A stretch of DNA of 63,041 bases, filler included, from Reticulomyxa filosa (lineage: Eukaryota; Protista; Foraminifera), in assembly GCA_000512085.1 (NCBI GenBank). It is 16 parts of 16 records of this genome, joined end to end, with 100 filler letters (N's around TTAATTAATTAA, not from the genome) between each part and the next. Parts side by side here need not be neighbours in the genome. Positions count along the whole stretch, not along the records: positions 44,193 to 56,472 come from ASPP01006555.1; positions 56,573 to 58,874 come from ASPP01023425.1; positions 58,975 to 61,317 come from ASPP01021337.1; positions 61,418 to 63,041 come from ASPP01022298.1; 12 more parts are not named here. One strand, written 5' to 3'. The position numbers were made by a program, and so were the translations under genes. Positions 51,017 through 63,041 of this stretch are shown one piece after another (position 1 is the stretch's first letter; every line of letters starts with the position of its first letter). A model generated the notes under the pieces. It saw only the letters and a program-made list of their open reading frames with translations, was not told the DNA's origin and ran no database searches.

Positions 51017-52982
51017 ATGTCCAAAAGAAAATCTCATCTAAAGCGTTGGCATGTGGTGCAGCGACCGACCTTCAAGGTATGGCAGCCATTTGGACAGAAA
51101 TCCCGTCGCAAATTTAAGAAAAGGACCGGTGGCAGCGCACAAAACATACCACTGATCGAAGTAACAGCGATCAGTCAACTCAATTATCCCGGATTGTGTA
51201 AGCGTACTTTAAACGAAATTACAAGGATGAAGGAGTCTTCGTTGTTCCATCATATGATAAGTTTTGTAATCCACTTACTGCTTATAATTCAAAATTAAAA
51301 AAAAAAAAATTCAAAGTCATTAAAAAAGGGGACTTTATGCATTAAAGATCTCCCTTTTTTTTTTTTTTAAACAATTAATAAAAAATTTGAACGGGGCATC
51401 GCACTTTCAAAAACAATCTTTTTTTGCAATAGAGTTTTTGAATGATGTGATGATATCCCAACGTGGAAGCAAAAAGTCGAGGGATCCGATAAGTATTGAT
51501 ATGATATGCTACGGAATCGGCAGCTTTTCTAAAAACAGTGACTCGTTGCAACAGCTGAGTTTGTTTTCGGCGATCCGTGACTACTACAAGTCTTTCGAAG
51601 CGAAGCGAGAGGAATTGGGTACAGGAAATAACGAAACAGAACAACAAACTAATACTGTCAGGTATTCTCCTTATAACAAAACATTCCATTATTACATATA
51701 CATATATATATATATGTATATGTAATAATGTATGGAAAAAGCATGAAAGACGATACAAAGATGGAGGAAAAAGGCCCAAATGAGATAACTCAAAACGAAG
51801 CAACGCAAAACAAAGCAGCTCAAAACGAGGCAACTCAAGACTCCAAGAAATATGTGTTTTCATGGGAGCGTAAACATCAAGAGAAAAAGCGCTTTGAAAA
51901 ATGGGACAAGTACCCGTTCATATTGAACAAGGTGGAGCTGTTTGAGCCGTTGCTTAATGTCATTGAAAAAAACTTGTTGAAAAATGTGTTGAAAGTGTCA
52001 CTGCTCGACAAAAACGATGAAGGCAATTACAAAGTGAACAATGACGGATACGTTGTTTCCTCGGATGGCAATGAGGACAATAACAACAACAACAACAACA
52101 ACAACACCGACGCCAATGCAAATCCAAATCCAAATCCAAACGATGACGATAGCAATCCAAATGAAATCGATACGTATAATTTTGCATTTGCTTTCTTCCA
52201 CATTGTCCAAGACCTTTGTACAATAATTTATTGCATACCAATTGGGACAAAGATAAATTATCTCGTATGATCATTGTTGGAAACTCGTTTTCTGTTACGC
52301 TCAATGAATATATACATATCTATATATACATATACACATACACATATATATATATATATATTTGTTTTTTTTTTTTTTATAATAGCAATATGGTCATATT
52401 GCATTAAACTTAAACGAACGAGAAAAAGGCGATATGAACTATATTTTGACAAGCACCAAGCTAAATTTGATCTCGGAAAAGTCGCTGGATCATTGGATAA
52501 TACCAAAGCACAAATTTCAAAAGACAAACGAGACTCCAGAATCATTGCTAGAAGTGAACACTGACGAAGCAAGTGCCAATATCGACGTGGCAAATGCGTC
52601 GAAAAAAATGTCTAAGAAACAAAGACCAAAAAAATATACGAGACAAGACATCCTATATTTAGACATGTATCAACAAAAGCAACTTGCGGTAACCAAAAAT
52701 GCTTTTGCATTCCAACATGTGCAGTACTATCCTGTACCACAGCTAATGAAGATTGCCGACCCAGCATGGAGTAATATTGCACGGGAATTGGAGAGAATGC
52801 ACGTATCCACAAATGCTGCCGACAAAGGGGACTCCAAGAGTCAAGATGAGAGTACGCTCACAAATGTTAACTCCAATGATCAGGAAATGATCGAGCGTAA
52901 CGCCAAAACGAAACAACAAAAAAAAGTCAATTCTAAAGCTTCTAAAAGTCAACCTAAAAATGAAGATGTCGATATGTCATGA
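51017..52982 (+). CDS. SRR1/Ber1-domain protein, multi-exon, with an apparent frameshift near 52190
   Basis: MICYGIGSFS..SLQQLSL, LFEPLLNVIE, and (shifted frame) FLPHCPRPLYNNLLHTNWDKDKLSRMIIVGNSFS, the SRR1 family motifs. Confidence 0.8.
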
Positions 52983-53527
52983 TTTTATTTTGAATTTTTA
53001 ATAGTTGCTATTTTTTTCATTTTCTTGCAATTATGCTAAATTTGAATTAAAGACCGTTGTACCAAAAATAAGGTGTCATTTCCCTTTAAGTTTTTTTGTT
53101 CGATTGGATTCAGTATCTTGTTTTGCTTGCAATCGACAAACTGTCTGCATTGCTTAATGTTCACGAATCATTCTCCTAACACTCTTAAGATGCTTTCATC
53201 TCAATTATACTTCGAAATTTATTTGAGAAAATGTATTAACAAATAATTGCCATTAGTAATATATCGCTCATTATTATTAGTGACTTTAAAAGGAGGTATC
53301 GTTAGTTTTTCATAATTATAATATGTAACACAGTTTTTTTGCACAGCAATAACTTTTCTAACGAATTTCGTTGAATCATAAAACAATTCAGTTATTGTAA
53401 AATAGATTTTTTAAAATTAAATATGATTATAAATTGTTCTTTTAAATATTGAAAATGAAACTTTAATTTTTAAGTATTATTAGTTAAAGTTTTTTTTCCT
53501 TTTGAACTTAAAAAAAATGGGAGAAGA

Positions 53528-55108
53528 ATGAGTTTCTCACGTCATTCAGGAATAAAATTAGACGATTTGTTACGCTTACTTTCTTTCTTATTACTGTGGG
53601 GTGTGTTTTTTCTTTTTTTGTTACCTTCTTTTGGAGTAGATTTGCAGTCTTTGCTCTTGAGAAGATTAACTCCTTTGGATGAAACTGAAAAAACATTATT
53701 TCGTGATTACATTGGAAGTGAATTTGTAAGACGATGGAATGAAATGAGTGAAGAATGGAGAAGAGAATTGACAAAACATGAACCAAATGAAATAAGAAGA
53801 AATAAGGAAATATGTGTATATGCATTTGATAGAAAAGCAGGATTAGGAAATCGTTTTTATCGAATGTCACAAATATATTATGTATCATATATCAATCAAT
53901 GTATATTGGGAATACATTTAGGTTGGAATGGATGTGGAAATATATCAAAAGATGATGCAAATATATTTGGAGCAATTTGGAATGATGATTACAATAATGG
54001 TAATAATGTATATACAACAGGTTGGTATAGTCCATGGAGAAAAGAAGATAAATATTCCAATAATATTTTTACTTTTGAAAATATTTTTGAAAAATATGGA
54101 AATACTCCAGTTGTTGAATTAGAGCAATTTTTCAAAATTCCAAATACAATATTTTGGGGAAATACTTCTTCACCTATTCATATTTCTCATTATCCTCCAA
54201 ATCAATATTTTGGTAATTTATCTTTTTTTGATAATTATACCTATTCTTCTTCTTCTATTATTTATCTAAAAGATCCTGATATTAATGATGATAAAATTTT
54301 TCTTGATATTCGCTATGATGGACATATGCAATATATGCCTATCACTCGATTTTATGGATTATTGGTTACACAATTGAAATCATTATTTCGAGATATCGCT
54401 GTTCGATTTATTCAAAAGCATTTTACAAATTCTTTTGTTATTGGTGTTCATATTCGAACAGGTATATTTATATATTTATATATTTATATATAATATTTAT
54501 TTATAATATTTATATATAATATTTATTTCAAAGGAAATGGTGAAAAAATGAATCGACCAACATTAAAAAAAAATGAAATAATAAAACAATTAAATATATC
54601 AATTGGAGAGATAATAAAATGGCAATCATTAACAAAACAACAAATGGAATGCAAAATAAAATTATTTATAGCAACGGATTCAGAAAAGATAATTGAATTA
54701 ATTCGTAATGCATCATTTGATTTATTAACAAAATATTGTAATAAATCATCAATACATACAATTATTTCTTTAAAACAAATTCGACCTCCTCAGGGACATG
54801 GACATGTATTCACTTCCAATTCTCAACAACACGTTCAACTTATGAAACGCGCTTTTTCAAATGATCCCAATACATGTATTTTGGGTGTTGTTTATCCTTA
54901 TTTGGATATGGAATTGTTAGGTTTTACTGATTTCTTACTTCTTCCTGTTCAATCCACTTTCACTCGATTGAGCTCCCTTCTTATCATCAAACGGCGCAAA
55001 TCTATTTGTCGTGCTGTCTTCGTTAAAAGTAAACGTCTTCATCAATATCATTGCAAAAATTTCCATTCTCAACAGACACATCACTTTATTGTTCGTAGTC
55101 TTTCTTAG
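53528..55108 (+). CDS. Type II membrane fucosyltransferase, NodZ/GT23-like
   Basis: N-terminal TM, AGLGNRF, motif I IGVHIRTG^NGE (intron 54462-54533), motif II LFIATDS, motif III DMELLGFTDFLL..STF. Confidence 0.8.
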
Positions 55109-55732
55109 AAGCTTCATTGTCGGAAGCATGCACACACGAGTTTGCCCTGTGTTGGTCTTTTCCCATTTTTGTTTGGTTTGGTTTTTGCTGATGGATGAAA
55201 CGAAGCTTAAACCAACATATGTTTGCTCGGTCCTAATTTGTTGATTGTTTTGATCTTTTGTATTTCATTACTTTGTTTAAAGGCAAGATATTTTACTTTC
55301 AAACAGTTACTTGCAATGTTATATCCGCTTTAATTGTTCAGTGTTACCACTGTCTTTTCATTCTTGCAATACAAAAGGTAATTGCTTGGGAACTCGAGTG
55401 TAACGCTGTTTGGCAATGTCAACACAAAATGCACCAAAATTTTCAATTTTCCAAAAAATGTAATGTTTTGATTTTTCTCAACAAACATCAATTTCTTTTG
55501 TCTTTTGTGAGGAAGAAAAGAAATTACGGTCAAGCCACAAAAATATTTAAAACCTCTTTTTTCAACGCTGTTTGCAAATTCCATACTCCCTCCCTTACAT
55601 TGCATAATTACGAAATCACAAAAACAAAAAGAGGACAAATAGAAAAATCAAAAAAGAACAAGTAAACACAACACATTACAAAAGCAAAACAACAATAGCA
55701 ACAACGGGGGAAAAAAAGCACTTATTCAACTT

Positions 55733-56410
55733 TCAGGCAAGACCCATGCACTGTGCCCAGTCCCCTTTTGCAGAAGTAATTTCTTCTTCCCCGCATAGAC
55801 ATCTGGCAAAGGTAATATTACGAATCAGACTTTGATCGCAGTTTTTGTACAGTTCGCAAAAAGTTCGAGTAGAGGAGTGGCATTCGACAGCGCTCCTTGC
55901 ATCGCATTCGATCCAATTTACCATTCCTCCGTGCTCATCGACAGCGGGCACAATGTCTCGTCGCGGCAGGACAGACAGACTAGTGGCATCCAAGGCTCCC
56001 ATAGAAAAGCCAAACTTCTTGCTACTGTACAATGTCCCTGGACTGGATATGCCAACAGATAGCACATTTTCAAATCCTTGGTCTGCCATTTTCGACGCGA
56101 CAATTTCCGCGATGCCACCACCTAATCATTTTTTGTTTGTTTGTTTGTGTTTGACATCATTCCCATTGCAGTTAAGCGTCGCATTGATGTGTATGCAAAC
56201 AAACAAAAAGCTGTTTGATATAAGAAAAGTTTGTGACCGAGGCTATGTCCGATGAGAAACAGCGTTCGATTATTTGAATTGCGGAAATGTTCGTCCTGTT
56301 GTTTGATGTAATCGTAAACAGGTTTGTCCCAGGCCTCTCGAACTTCTTCGTTCAGCGCTCCGGCTGGAAGCGCTGCAGTGTCGATGAAATCTCTCAAAAA
56401 TCCAATCTTT
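55733..56410 (-). CDS. Class 3 lipase (alpha/beta hydrolase), C-terminal exons
   Basis: LFLIGHSLG^GGIAEIV (intron inside the GxSxG elbow), ISSPG, RDIVPAVD (Asp) and ECHS (His). Confidence 0.85.
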
Positions 56411-56639
56411 TTTTTTTTATTTCCCTCCATTAATTTAATTTTGGTAACCCCCTTCCACTTGCAAAAAAAAAANNNNNNNNNNNNNNNNNNNNNNNNNNNN
56501 NNNNNNNNNNNNNNNNTTAATTAATTAANNNNNNNNNNNNNNNNNNNNNNNNNNNNNNNNNNNNNNNNNNNNAAAAAAAAATGGAGTGTACAACACTATT
56601 ATTTACTATTGTTATTTTTTTTTTTTTTTTTTTTGAAAG

Positions 56640-57034
56640 CCATAGATGTCTGGTCCTGTGGCATTATATTGTTGTCTCTGATGACACAAATCTACCCTTT
56701 TTTTAAGTCTGATAATGACATGCAAGCTCTTGCACAGCTTGTATACATTTTTAAAGTATCGGTAATCAGTGAACTTTGTGACGACTTGCACCGACGTCTG
56801 GTGTATGAGTTAGACAATCACGGTCTCGACTACGGCTTAAAACTGGAGAAGATGTCGCAATTGGCAAAGCTAATCAATCAAAAAGAGCTGTTTGCAACGG
56901 CTAATCAACCCCCGCAGAAATGGAGTCCTCATTTGTACGACTTGCTCGATTGGCTCTGTACTTTGAGTCCTCTGAAGAGGCCTACTGCCGCTCAAGCACT
57001 TTTGCATCCCATCTTTACAACCAAAACCGATTAA
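56640..57034 (+). CDS. Ser/Thr protein kinase, last exon, CDC7-like
   Basis: Subdomain IX AIDVWSCGIILLSLMTQIYPFFKSDNDMQALAQL matches the CDC7 pattern YPFF.A.DD..AL.Q. Subdomain XI KRPTAAQALLHPIF. Confidence 0.7.
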
Positions 57035-57289
57035 TTGTCCCAATCTTTTTTTTTGATTATTTAATTTTTGTTTTTAATGTGCAAACTACTCTTGCGACAT
57101 TCGATTCCATTTGGTTGTTCGTTGTTTCTTTCAGAAAATGTCAAGAATTGTTTGAAAGCTTCCATTTTTTTTTTTTGCAATATTTAAACATGACATCCAT
57201 AAAACACGCACTCTTTTTTTTTTTTGTTAGTTCAAGTTTTCGGACGAGAAAAAAAAAAAGAGTTTTGTAGATCACAAAAAAATGTTAAG

Positions 57290-58171
57290 TCCAAGGAACT
57301 CGCCGCGGCACTGATTAGCGCATATGCTCAAAAATACAAAATCCTTACGACATTGCAGTATATCTCGTGGCTTGCCGAAAGCGAGTGTAAATAATTCTTG
57401 ACAAAAGACAGTATTGGGTCTAAGGGGACTATCAGGAGGAAAAAGTTCAAAAACTTATTGGGGATGATTTCTTGGTGTAGCGACCAGCATTTGTGAAATA
57501 TTCAATCAAGAAAAAGATAAAAAAAGAGAAAGAACTCGTTTGGCTAATCCTGTTTTTCTTTTTGAGTTGTTGTTGGACTCAACATGTCACAAGCTCCAGT
57601 ACGTTCGTTCGTCCTTGTTCTCATTCATGTGGAGAGAGAGAGATGATTATACGCCTGCAACGTATTACAATAAAAACAAACGAAAACACAGGAAGTCAAT
57701 AACAGCTCCCAACACCAATCCATAATTTTGGCGATATGGAATGAAATGTGTTCCCCCAATGCAAAGCATCAAGACAGTCAGCAAAAAGAGAAGGACGATG
57801 ACGTTGAGATGCAAGACGTGGCGTCGGAAAAGAGCAGCCGCAAAAGACCAAAGGCTATGTGTCCATTTGATTCGAGTTTATTTGACACCGTTCAAAACCA
57901 AATTACCATCGACCAATGGCTGCCCAATGCCTTTGAAGCTTTAATCCAGCGTTACTTAGTTTAGTTATTCTCAATTTTTTTTTTTTTTTTTTTATGACTT
58001 TGTCCCTTTTGCGTTTTTGTGTCCCCTTTTTTTTTATTTTTTATTTTCCCCTTTTTTCAATAAACAAAACACTTTTATAAAAACAGAACGATTCCAAATG
58101 CAACATGACAAAATTAGTGAAATTGTTGGACATTGCCTTGGCAACTTCTTTGCTGGTTTGATCTTTTTGGG

Positions 58172-58204
<33 letters not shown>

Positions 58205-58790
58205 CAGTTTATTTGGTTTTGCGTTATTTCGCACTCTTTTGAATTTTTTTTTTTATTTGTTTGTTTGTTTGAAAAAAAAAAATAGCATTGTCGTCTCTGT
58301 CATAAGAATCACTCCAAAGTATGGGCCACAGTCCAGTTTTTTTTCTCTTGCCATTCATAAGAGGTCCAAACATAAAAGAGCAAAGGAAGGTTTGAGAACA
58401 TCAACAGTGTCACGATCACAGCCACTATTTACATACACATTAACGGGAAACGGGGGGGGGGGAAAAAAAAATGACAGACACAAGGTGTTGGTAGAATGAT
58501 AATTCATCTACTCAACACTGTTTCCCAATACTTGGTGAGTCGCATTTGTTTCTCTCATTATTTTTTTTTTTTTTTTTTAGCCTTGAACCAAAACAAATGG
58601 ATCGCACTTTGCATCGTTTGTATAAACACAAACTCTAAAATTCACATTGCACTTTGTGCGTATTCACGTGGCACTTGATTTCATTCCCACTCCTATATGC
58701 CCTATACTATCTCAGGTCGTGTCACAGTTGGAATTCATTGTAGATTACCTGGAATCTCGAATTGCCATGTTTTGTGAAGTTGCAATCTAA
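57290..58790 (+). pseudogene. Interrupted coding-like region, family not identified
   Basis: Protein-like segments (ELAAALISAYAQKYKIL; ORF 57728-57964; ERFQMQHDKISEIVGHCLGNFF) separated by poly-T introns and in-frame stops. Confidence 0.3.
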
Positions 58791-58974
58791 TCTACGCATT
58801 CAAACATTACCTTTCATTTTTACAAAGAAAAAAAGAGAGAAGAGGAAAACAAACTTTTTTTTTTTTTTATTTTTNNNNNNNNNNNNNNNNNNNNNNNNNN
58901 NNNNNNNNNNNNNNNNNNTTAATTAATTAANNNNNNNNNNNNNNNNNNNNNNNNNNNNNNNNNNNNNNNNNNNN

Positions 58975-59669
58975 AGATCCAGAACATAAATATCTACCAC
59001 CATTAAATGGTGAAAATTCAATACTACAAACACCGTCAGTGTGTCCATTGAAAATTTGTAATTGTTGATTATGTTTGAAATCCCAAAAACGAATAGTTTT
59101 GTCACTTGATGAAGAACAAATGACATTTTGGGGATTATTATGATAATGATATGATGAAAATTTTACACAATGCACAGAATTTGAATGCCCATTGAATGAT
59201 TGAACTTGTTTGTTGTTATCAATATTCCATATACAAACTGTTTTATCAGCTGATCCAGAACAAATGAATTGACAATCACCAAATGTTGAATAATCAATAT
59301 TATACACCACGCTAGTATGTCCAGTGAATGTATTGATTAATTTGGATGATAAACGAAATGTGTCAAACATGAAGATGTAATATACCTATGTTAAATAAAC
59401 ATCTAAATATTTTGATTAGTATTTTAAAAAAAAAGAACAAATAAACTAACATAATTGACAACAAGTCTGTCAAAATCCTGGATCCATCCTAATTTAATGT
59501 TTAATGTTCTAATCCAAAATTTAATAATTACTTTGATTTCTTCTTTTGATAGATTTATCTGAAATCACAATCATCAAACCTTAAAAGTAACTCTTCCTGA
59601 AGGATAAGTTAAAATGAGTACCGGTGGTTGCTGTGTTGATTGCACTTTTTTACTAATAGAATGTCCCAT
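58975..59669 (-). CDS. WD40-repeat protein with conserved N-terminal module, 3' truncated
   Basis: ATG 59669 MGHSISKKVQSTQQPP, 63-nt intron, INLSKEEIKVIIKFWIRTLNIKLGWIQDFDRLVVNY, intron, then WD repeats (GHTSVVYNIDYS..ICSGSADKTVCIWN; GHSNSVHCVKFS..DKTIRFWD). Confidence 0.9.
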
Positions 59670-62576
59670 TTGCTTTGTCTTAGATGATTAGTACCAAAAA
59701 TTAGAATTAAATTGCTATTTTCTCTAAACGCAATCAAACAAAAGATCAAAAGTTACTAATTATAAAACATTCAGTACTCGTCAGACAAATTAGTGCTCCA
59801 TCCATTAATTTTTTATCTTAACTTTTAAATATTTTTGCAATCTCTGAAAAAAATATTTTGTACTTGAACTGGAAAATTTTTATGGAACAGATTGCAGAAG
59901 GAATAATAAAGCAAAAAAATGCTCATTCAATACAATTATTTCTCATTTCTTCAAATCAAAATTTTTAAAAGTGCATTAATCCTTTTTGCATAAAAAAGAG
60001 GCAAAGATGTTGCTTGATAAAATTACATAAATAATTGCAAATATATAAATTCTGTAATTGTAATACATCTTTTTTAGTATTAATTTGTGTATATTGCTAA
60101 TTGTAAAATATTGCTCTAACAATGGTTGTTTGAAAGATGTTATGATAAAATCAAAATAATATATTGAGAAAGTAATCATAAATAAAATTTTTTTTTTACT
60201 CACTTTAAAAGATTACAATATTGTTTTATTTATTTTCTTGTGCAATATTTTCAATGGAATTTGATTTAATTATGACTGAAACAATCCAAAGCGTATCATC
60301 AATTTAATATTAAATTATATGTCCTGAAACATTATGTTGATATTGAAATGCAAGTAGCATTAAAATATTATATTTAATTCGAAATAATCCAAAAAAAGAA
60401 GATAATTAATGTCATTCATGAAAATATTTCATTTTTATTTACTTTAGATGGATTTCAATTTAAATGCATGGAATGCAAAAATTATAGTAAAGTTACTTAT
60501 TAAATAAGAATATATTTAATTCAGATTCTTTTGGCAATTGTACCAACACACTAATGAAAATTATTCTAAACAATTTATATCTTCTATAGATTTGTCGCCG
60601 AACAAATAATAACTGCTAACAAAACACTTGCTATCATTTCTTATCATTTGCACTTTCTTTATTAACTGACTAAAACAATTTTTCAATTTACATCCAAAAA
60701 TAACATTTTAGCTCTTTTACATTATACCAAAAGAACTAATTTATCTTGGATACACTTACAAAAATATATCAACTATATAATACTTGCGTTTTAAAATCCA
60801 ATCAAGTAGAGTTTACTATTATTGGAAAAAAAGGTGTCAACCATAATAATAAAAAAAATTTCATCATCTCTTTTTCTTAAGGATTTTTTTTCAAAGGTTA
60901 TAGCGTCCAAAAGATAAAAAAGAAAATTGAAGAATAATTGACGTCAAAAGAAATACTTTACAATATGTCAAATATTCTTTTTTTGCTAATAACGAATTGT
61001 CTGCATATAATAAGAAATTATTTTAAATGTTTTCTTTTGTTGTTACTAAAAAAAATAACTCTATTTAACAAGATCATTGAAATGCATATCAAATATTATA
61101 ATAGTATCTGTTACAATTATTTAATTTAGAAAAAAGGAATTTGTCAAAGTGAACTTTTTTTTTCATTCATAGGAAGTCCAACATCATCAATTATCTTCAA
61201 TCATCATTTATCATCCTGACTATTATTTGACTAAGAAAGACTTTGAACGAGAGGATGATAAAAGATCTCGAATCTCCTTCATGGATATACCAGAATATCA
61301 GCTGTAAAAAAAATATTNNNNNNNNNNNNNNNNNNNNNNNNNNNNNNNNNNNNNNNNNNNNTTAATTAATTAANNNNNNNNNNNNNNNNNNNNNNNNNNN
61401 NNNNNNNNNNNNNNNNNGCGCAACATCTACGATATATACAAATTTTTTTGTTGTTTTTTTTTTAAAAAAAAAAAGTAGAAAAAAAAAAGAACATAACGTC
61501 GAATTATCGAACAGTATTTGCTTGCTGATTGACTTGTGGCTTGGAGAAATCGACTTGTTGGTTTATGACAAAGTCGCTCTATATTTTCTTCTGGCTGTCC
61601 AAATCATTTGCATACTCCATTCGACTTTGATGCTCTTATCATCAATATTACACCAATTTTTACTTCAATACTCTCAAGTACACTATATATATTATTTTTT
61701 TAATCTATTTTAAATCAAATCCATTATAGATACAATCCTCCTCCCCCTTACTTTCTCTTGCTGTACGTAACCCTCTCTTTTTTTTCATGACATTTTTTTT
61801 TTCATTAGATCTTTCTATCCATGTTGTTTACCTGTATTTTGGTTTGGAGTATGTCGATGATGTGCTTGAAGTTGGGAAAATATCCATGGCGGCATTTTTT
61901 TGTATAAATTCTTCTTGGGGTGCATTAGGATCATTAACATACTTTTGACAATACGTATACTTACGTTTTCCAATTGCAATGATGACATTTTTGTTATGTT
62001 GTCACAGCCTTGTGGACATTGTACGCATTTCCACGTTTTTGACTTCCACATTTGGCTGACAGAGTGGTTGGCTAATTTATTCAATGATGTCATTAATGTA
62101 CCCATGTCCTCTTGATTATTTGAATATATTGGGCCGTTTGCGTTTGCGTTTTCTTTGGCCACATTGCTCGCATTTGGCACCACTAGAACTGCAGTTAAGA
62201 CGTGCAGTGTTATCAATAAAATTTCATATACCAACGATAGCTTCATTTTGCCGTTGAAGTTGCCAAGCTTTTCACTCGTATTTTCTCCTCTATTTGCCCC
62301 CTTTCTTACCAGGTACACTGAAATGGAAGGACATCAAATGAACAATAAAGCCGCTTTAAGAGAAAAACAAAAAATTTTGTGGCAAACGGATACATTTATA
62401 AAATGTTAAATGAATGTCACACGATGTATAGAAATGCTGAGTTTATTGGTGAAGGATATACGTACAAAAAAATGTTAGCTGGGACTGAAATAAGTGCAAA
62501 CATGCATCCATCAAATAAAAAGAGTGCCAGAAAAATGAATTTATTGTCAACAACAATCCTTTTAGAAATTAGAGCC

Positions 62577-63041
62577 CTATGAAAATGATGTATCACTTAG
62601 TAAGCAATTCACCAATCTAAATTCTTCTTTTTTCACCAACAAATTTGAGATGACAAAAGCCAGGTCTTTTGAAATAGTTAAAGGCACAGTCATTGCTAGT
62701 GGCGATCAATACGTACACACACACATGCAACAAACGCGCTCAAGTATTGCACTGCTTTCCGAGTCATTTGTGGTGACAAACCCTTCCCACGATACTCGGG
62801 CGCACAATATACAGCAAAGGTCCACACAACATTGTGATCAGTTTCGTTGCAAAACTCCATTTGTGGCGATTTCACAACTAAACATTCAACGTGACCAAAG
62901 TAAACATAATTGGTTGGAATGTATGCACTCGATACTATCTGAGAGGACTCACGTGCACTAAATACCGCATCAAAGCGATCACAAAACTGAATATCACCTC
63001 TTCCAAAATAAAACTTGTTATCTTTGTTGTCACGTGAAAAT
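62577..63041 (-). pseudogene. GNAT acetyltransferase, frameshifted near a (TG)n tract; 5' end beyond the window
   Basis: Motif A AVYCAPEYRGKGLSPQMTRKAVQYL, then in another frame VYVLIATSNDCAFNYFKRPGF (N..A..F...GF motif B). Not in the ORF track. Confidence 0.75.

Noticed and set aside
44193-56472. Functional gene cluster (DHHC, carrier, ALDH, SRR1, fucosyltransferase, lipase)
   Set aside because: Mixed orientations and unrelated housekeeping functions; an ordinary gene-dense eukaryotic contig.
59561-59625. Two ultra-short introns of 21 and 25 nt in the WD40 gene
   Set aside because: Removing both creates an immediate stop, whereas a single 63-nt intron restores the frame.
6275-61417. Regularly recurring TTAATTAATTAA palindromes as a repeat array or recombination sites
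   Set aside because: Always centred in 100-nt N blocks; they are artificial six-frame-stop spacers between contigs.
61815-62318. 167-aa minus-strand ORF with CVQCPQGC as a zinc-finger gene
   Set aside because: No complete finger pattern or recognisable family; may be a decayed fragment.

Overview
This is not a contiguous locus. It is 16 AT-rich eukaryotic contigs joined by 100-nt artificial linkers (N44-TTAATTAATTAA-N44), so adjacency across linkers means nothing. Short GT-AG introns full of (TA)n and poly-A/T, many decayed genes, and WD40/TPR families with a recognisable N-terminal module (EEIKVIIKFWIRTLNIKLGWIQDFDRLVVNY) suggest a foraminiferan such as Reticulomyxa filosa; this is an inference from recall, not a search. 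Recognisable genes: an RS-rich protein with repeated RxxRF motifs, an XK-related/ankyrin membrane protein, a polycystin-1-like REJ/GPS protein, several WD40 proteins, the probable tail of a NACHT-WD40 protein, an SGNH hydrolase pseudogene, the AP-2 alpha-adaptin ear, a TPR protein, Sec23, a DHHC palmitoyltransferase, an SLC25 carrier, an aldehyde dehydrogenase, SRR1-like, a NodZ/GT23-like fucosyltransferase, a class 3 lipase, a CDC7-like kinase tail and a GNAT. The most striking signal is invisible in the ORF track. Two contigs carry collinear, frameshift-riddled copies of a gene with a long tandem array of divergent CAP-Gly (microtubule-binding) domains: about 10 relics at 24700-28035 (-) and about 6 at 6575-7870 (+). 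No rRNA, tRNA or CRISPR array was found.
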